Notes under the pieces: generated by a model
What the model saw: the letters and a program-made list of their open reading frames with translations, nothing else
Database searches by the model: none
Told to the model about the DNA's origin: nothing
In this document: one piece after another, positions 61,145 to 64,000 of the stretch
Layout: each line of letters starts with the position of its first letter
How positions within the stretch are numbered: the first letter of the stretch is position 1
From: Calcarisporiella thermophila CBS 279.70
Taxonomy: Eukaryota > Fungi > Calcarisporiellomycota
Reading direction: 5' to 3'
DNA: 64,000 bases
Assembly (NCBI RefSeq): GCF_041956535.1
Contig: NW_027192213.1
Coordinates: 115,111 to 179,110 of the forward strand
Made by a program: the position numbers and the translations under genes

Positions 61145-61182
61145 ACGCGATTTATATTATGTTTGGACGCGAATTTTCGCGT
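61145..61182. promoter_or_regulatory. Cluster of CGCG cell-cycle elements in the BCK1/MCM3 divergent promoter
   Basis: ACGCGA at 61145 and an inverted pair ACGCGAA-TT-TTCGCGT at 61167-61182, about 80 bp upstream of the MCM3 ATG. Confidence 0.6.
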
Positions 61183-61262
61183 TTTATTATTATTTTTTTT
61201 TTCACTTTACATTGCATACGATTGAATCCAATCATCATTCGTGAGATAAAAATATAGTCATC

Positions 61263-64000
<2,738 letters not shown>

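Overview
Gene-dense eukaryotic DNA with short GT-AG introns (about 50-110 nt) and CTAAC/CTGAC branch points. It is most consistent with an early-diverging (non-Dikarya) fungus such as Mucoromycota or Zoopagomycota; this is inferred from gene content (LRWD1-like, TPX2-like and CSL genes alongside fungal BCK1, PRM10, ETT1/Nro1 and Kre9-type genes). About 26 intact protein-coding genes plus one pseudogene are supported. Most are housekeeping: LRWD1-like, TPX2-like, DUS1, a SET methyltransferase, HSP70, GPI10, THOC3, HSF1, MED17, ATG1, UAP1, CSL, NSR1, ETT1, a lipase, PRM10, a cupredoxin, BCK1 and MCM3. Four accessory loci are not explained by any function I recognise. (1) A secreted precursor at 36241-38317 is built from Asn-rich repeats of about 64 aa separated by KR/RR (Kex2-type) sites, and is a candidate functional-amyloid or surface-peptide system. 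(2) Two adjacent tiny genes at 15409-16592 share a C-x2-C-x6-H-x3-C motif; one is 59 aa and absent from the ORF track. (3) A tandem family of secreted Cys/Pro repeat proteins at 52876-55800 has two intact genes, one apparently chimeric, plus a pseudogene. (4) Two tandem PPxY-bearing membrane proteins at 8588-11554 resemble a bacterial-type putative sensor domain. No rRNA, tRNA, CRISPR or transposon was recognised. Exon boundaries were read by eye and all family assignments come from motif recognition, not database searches.
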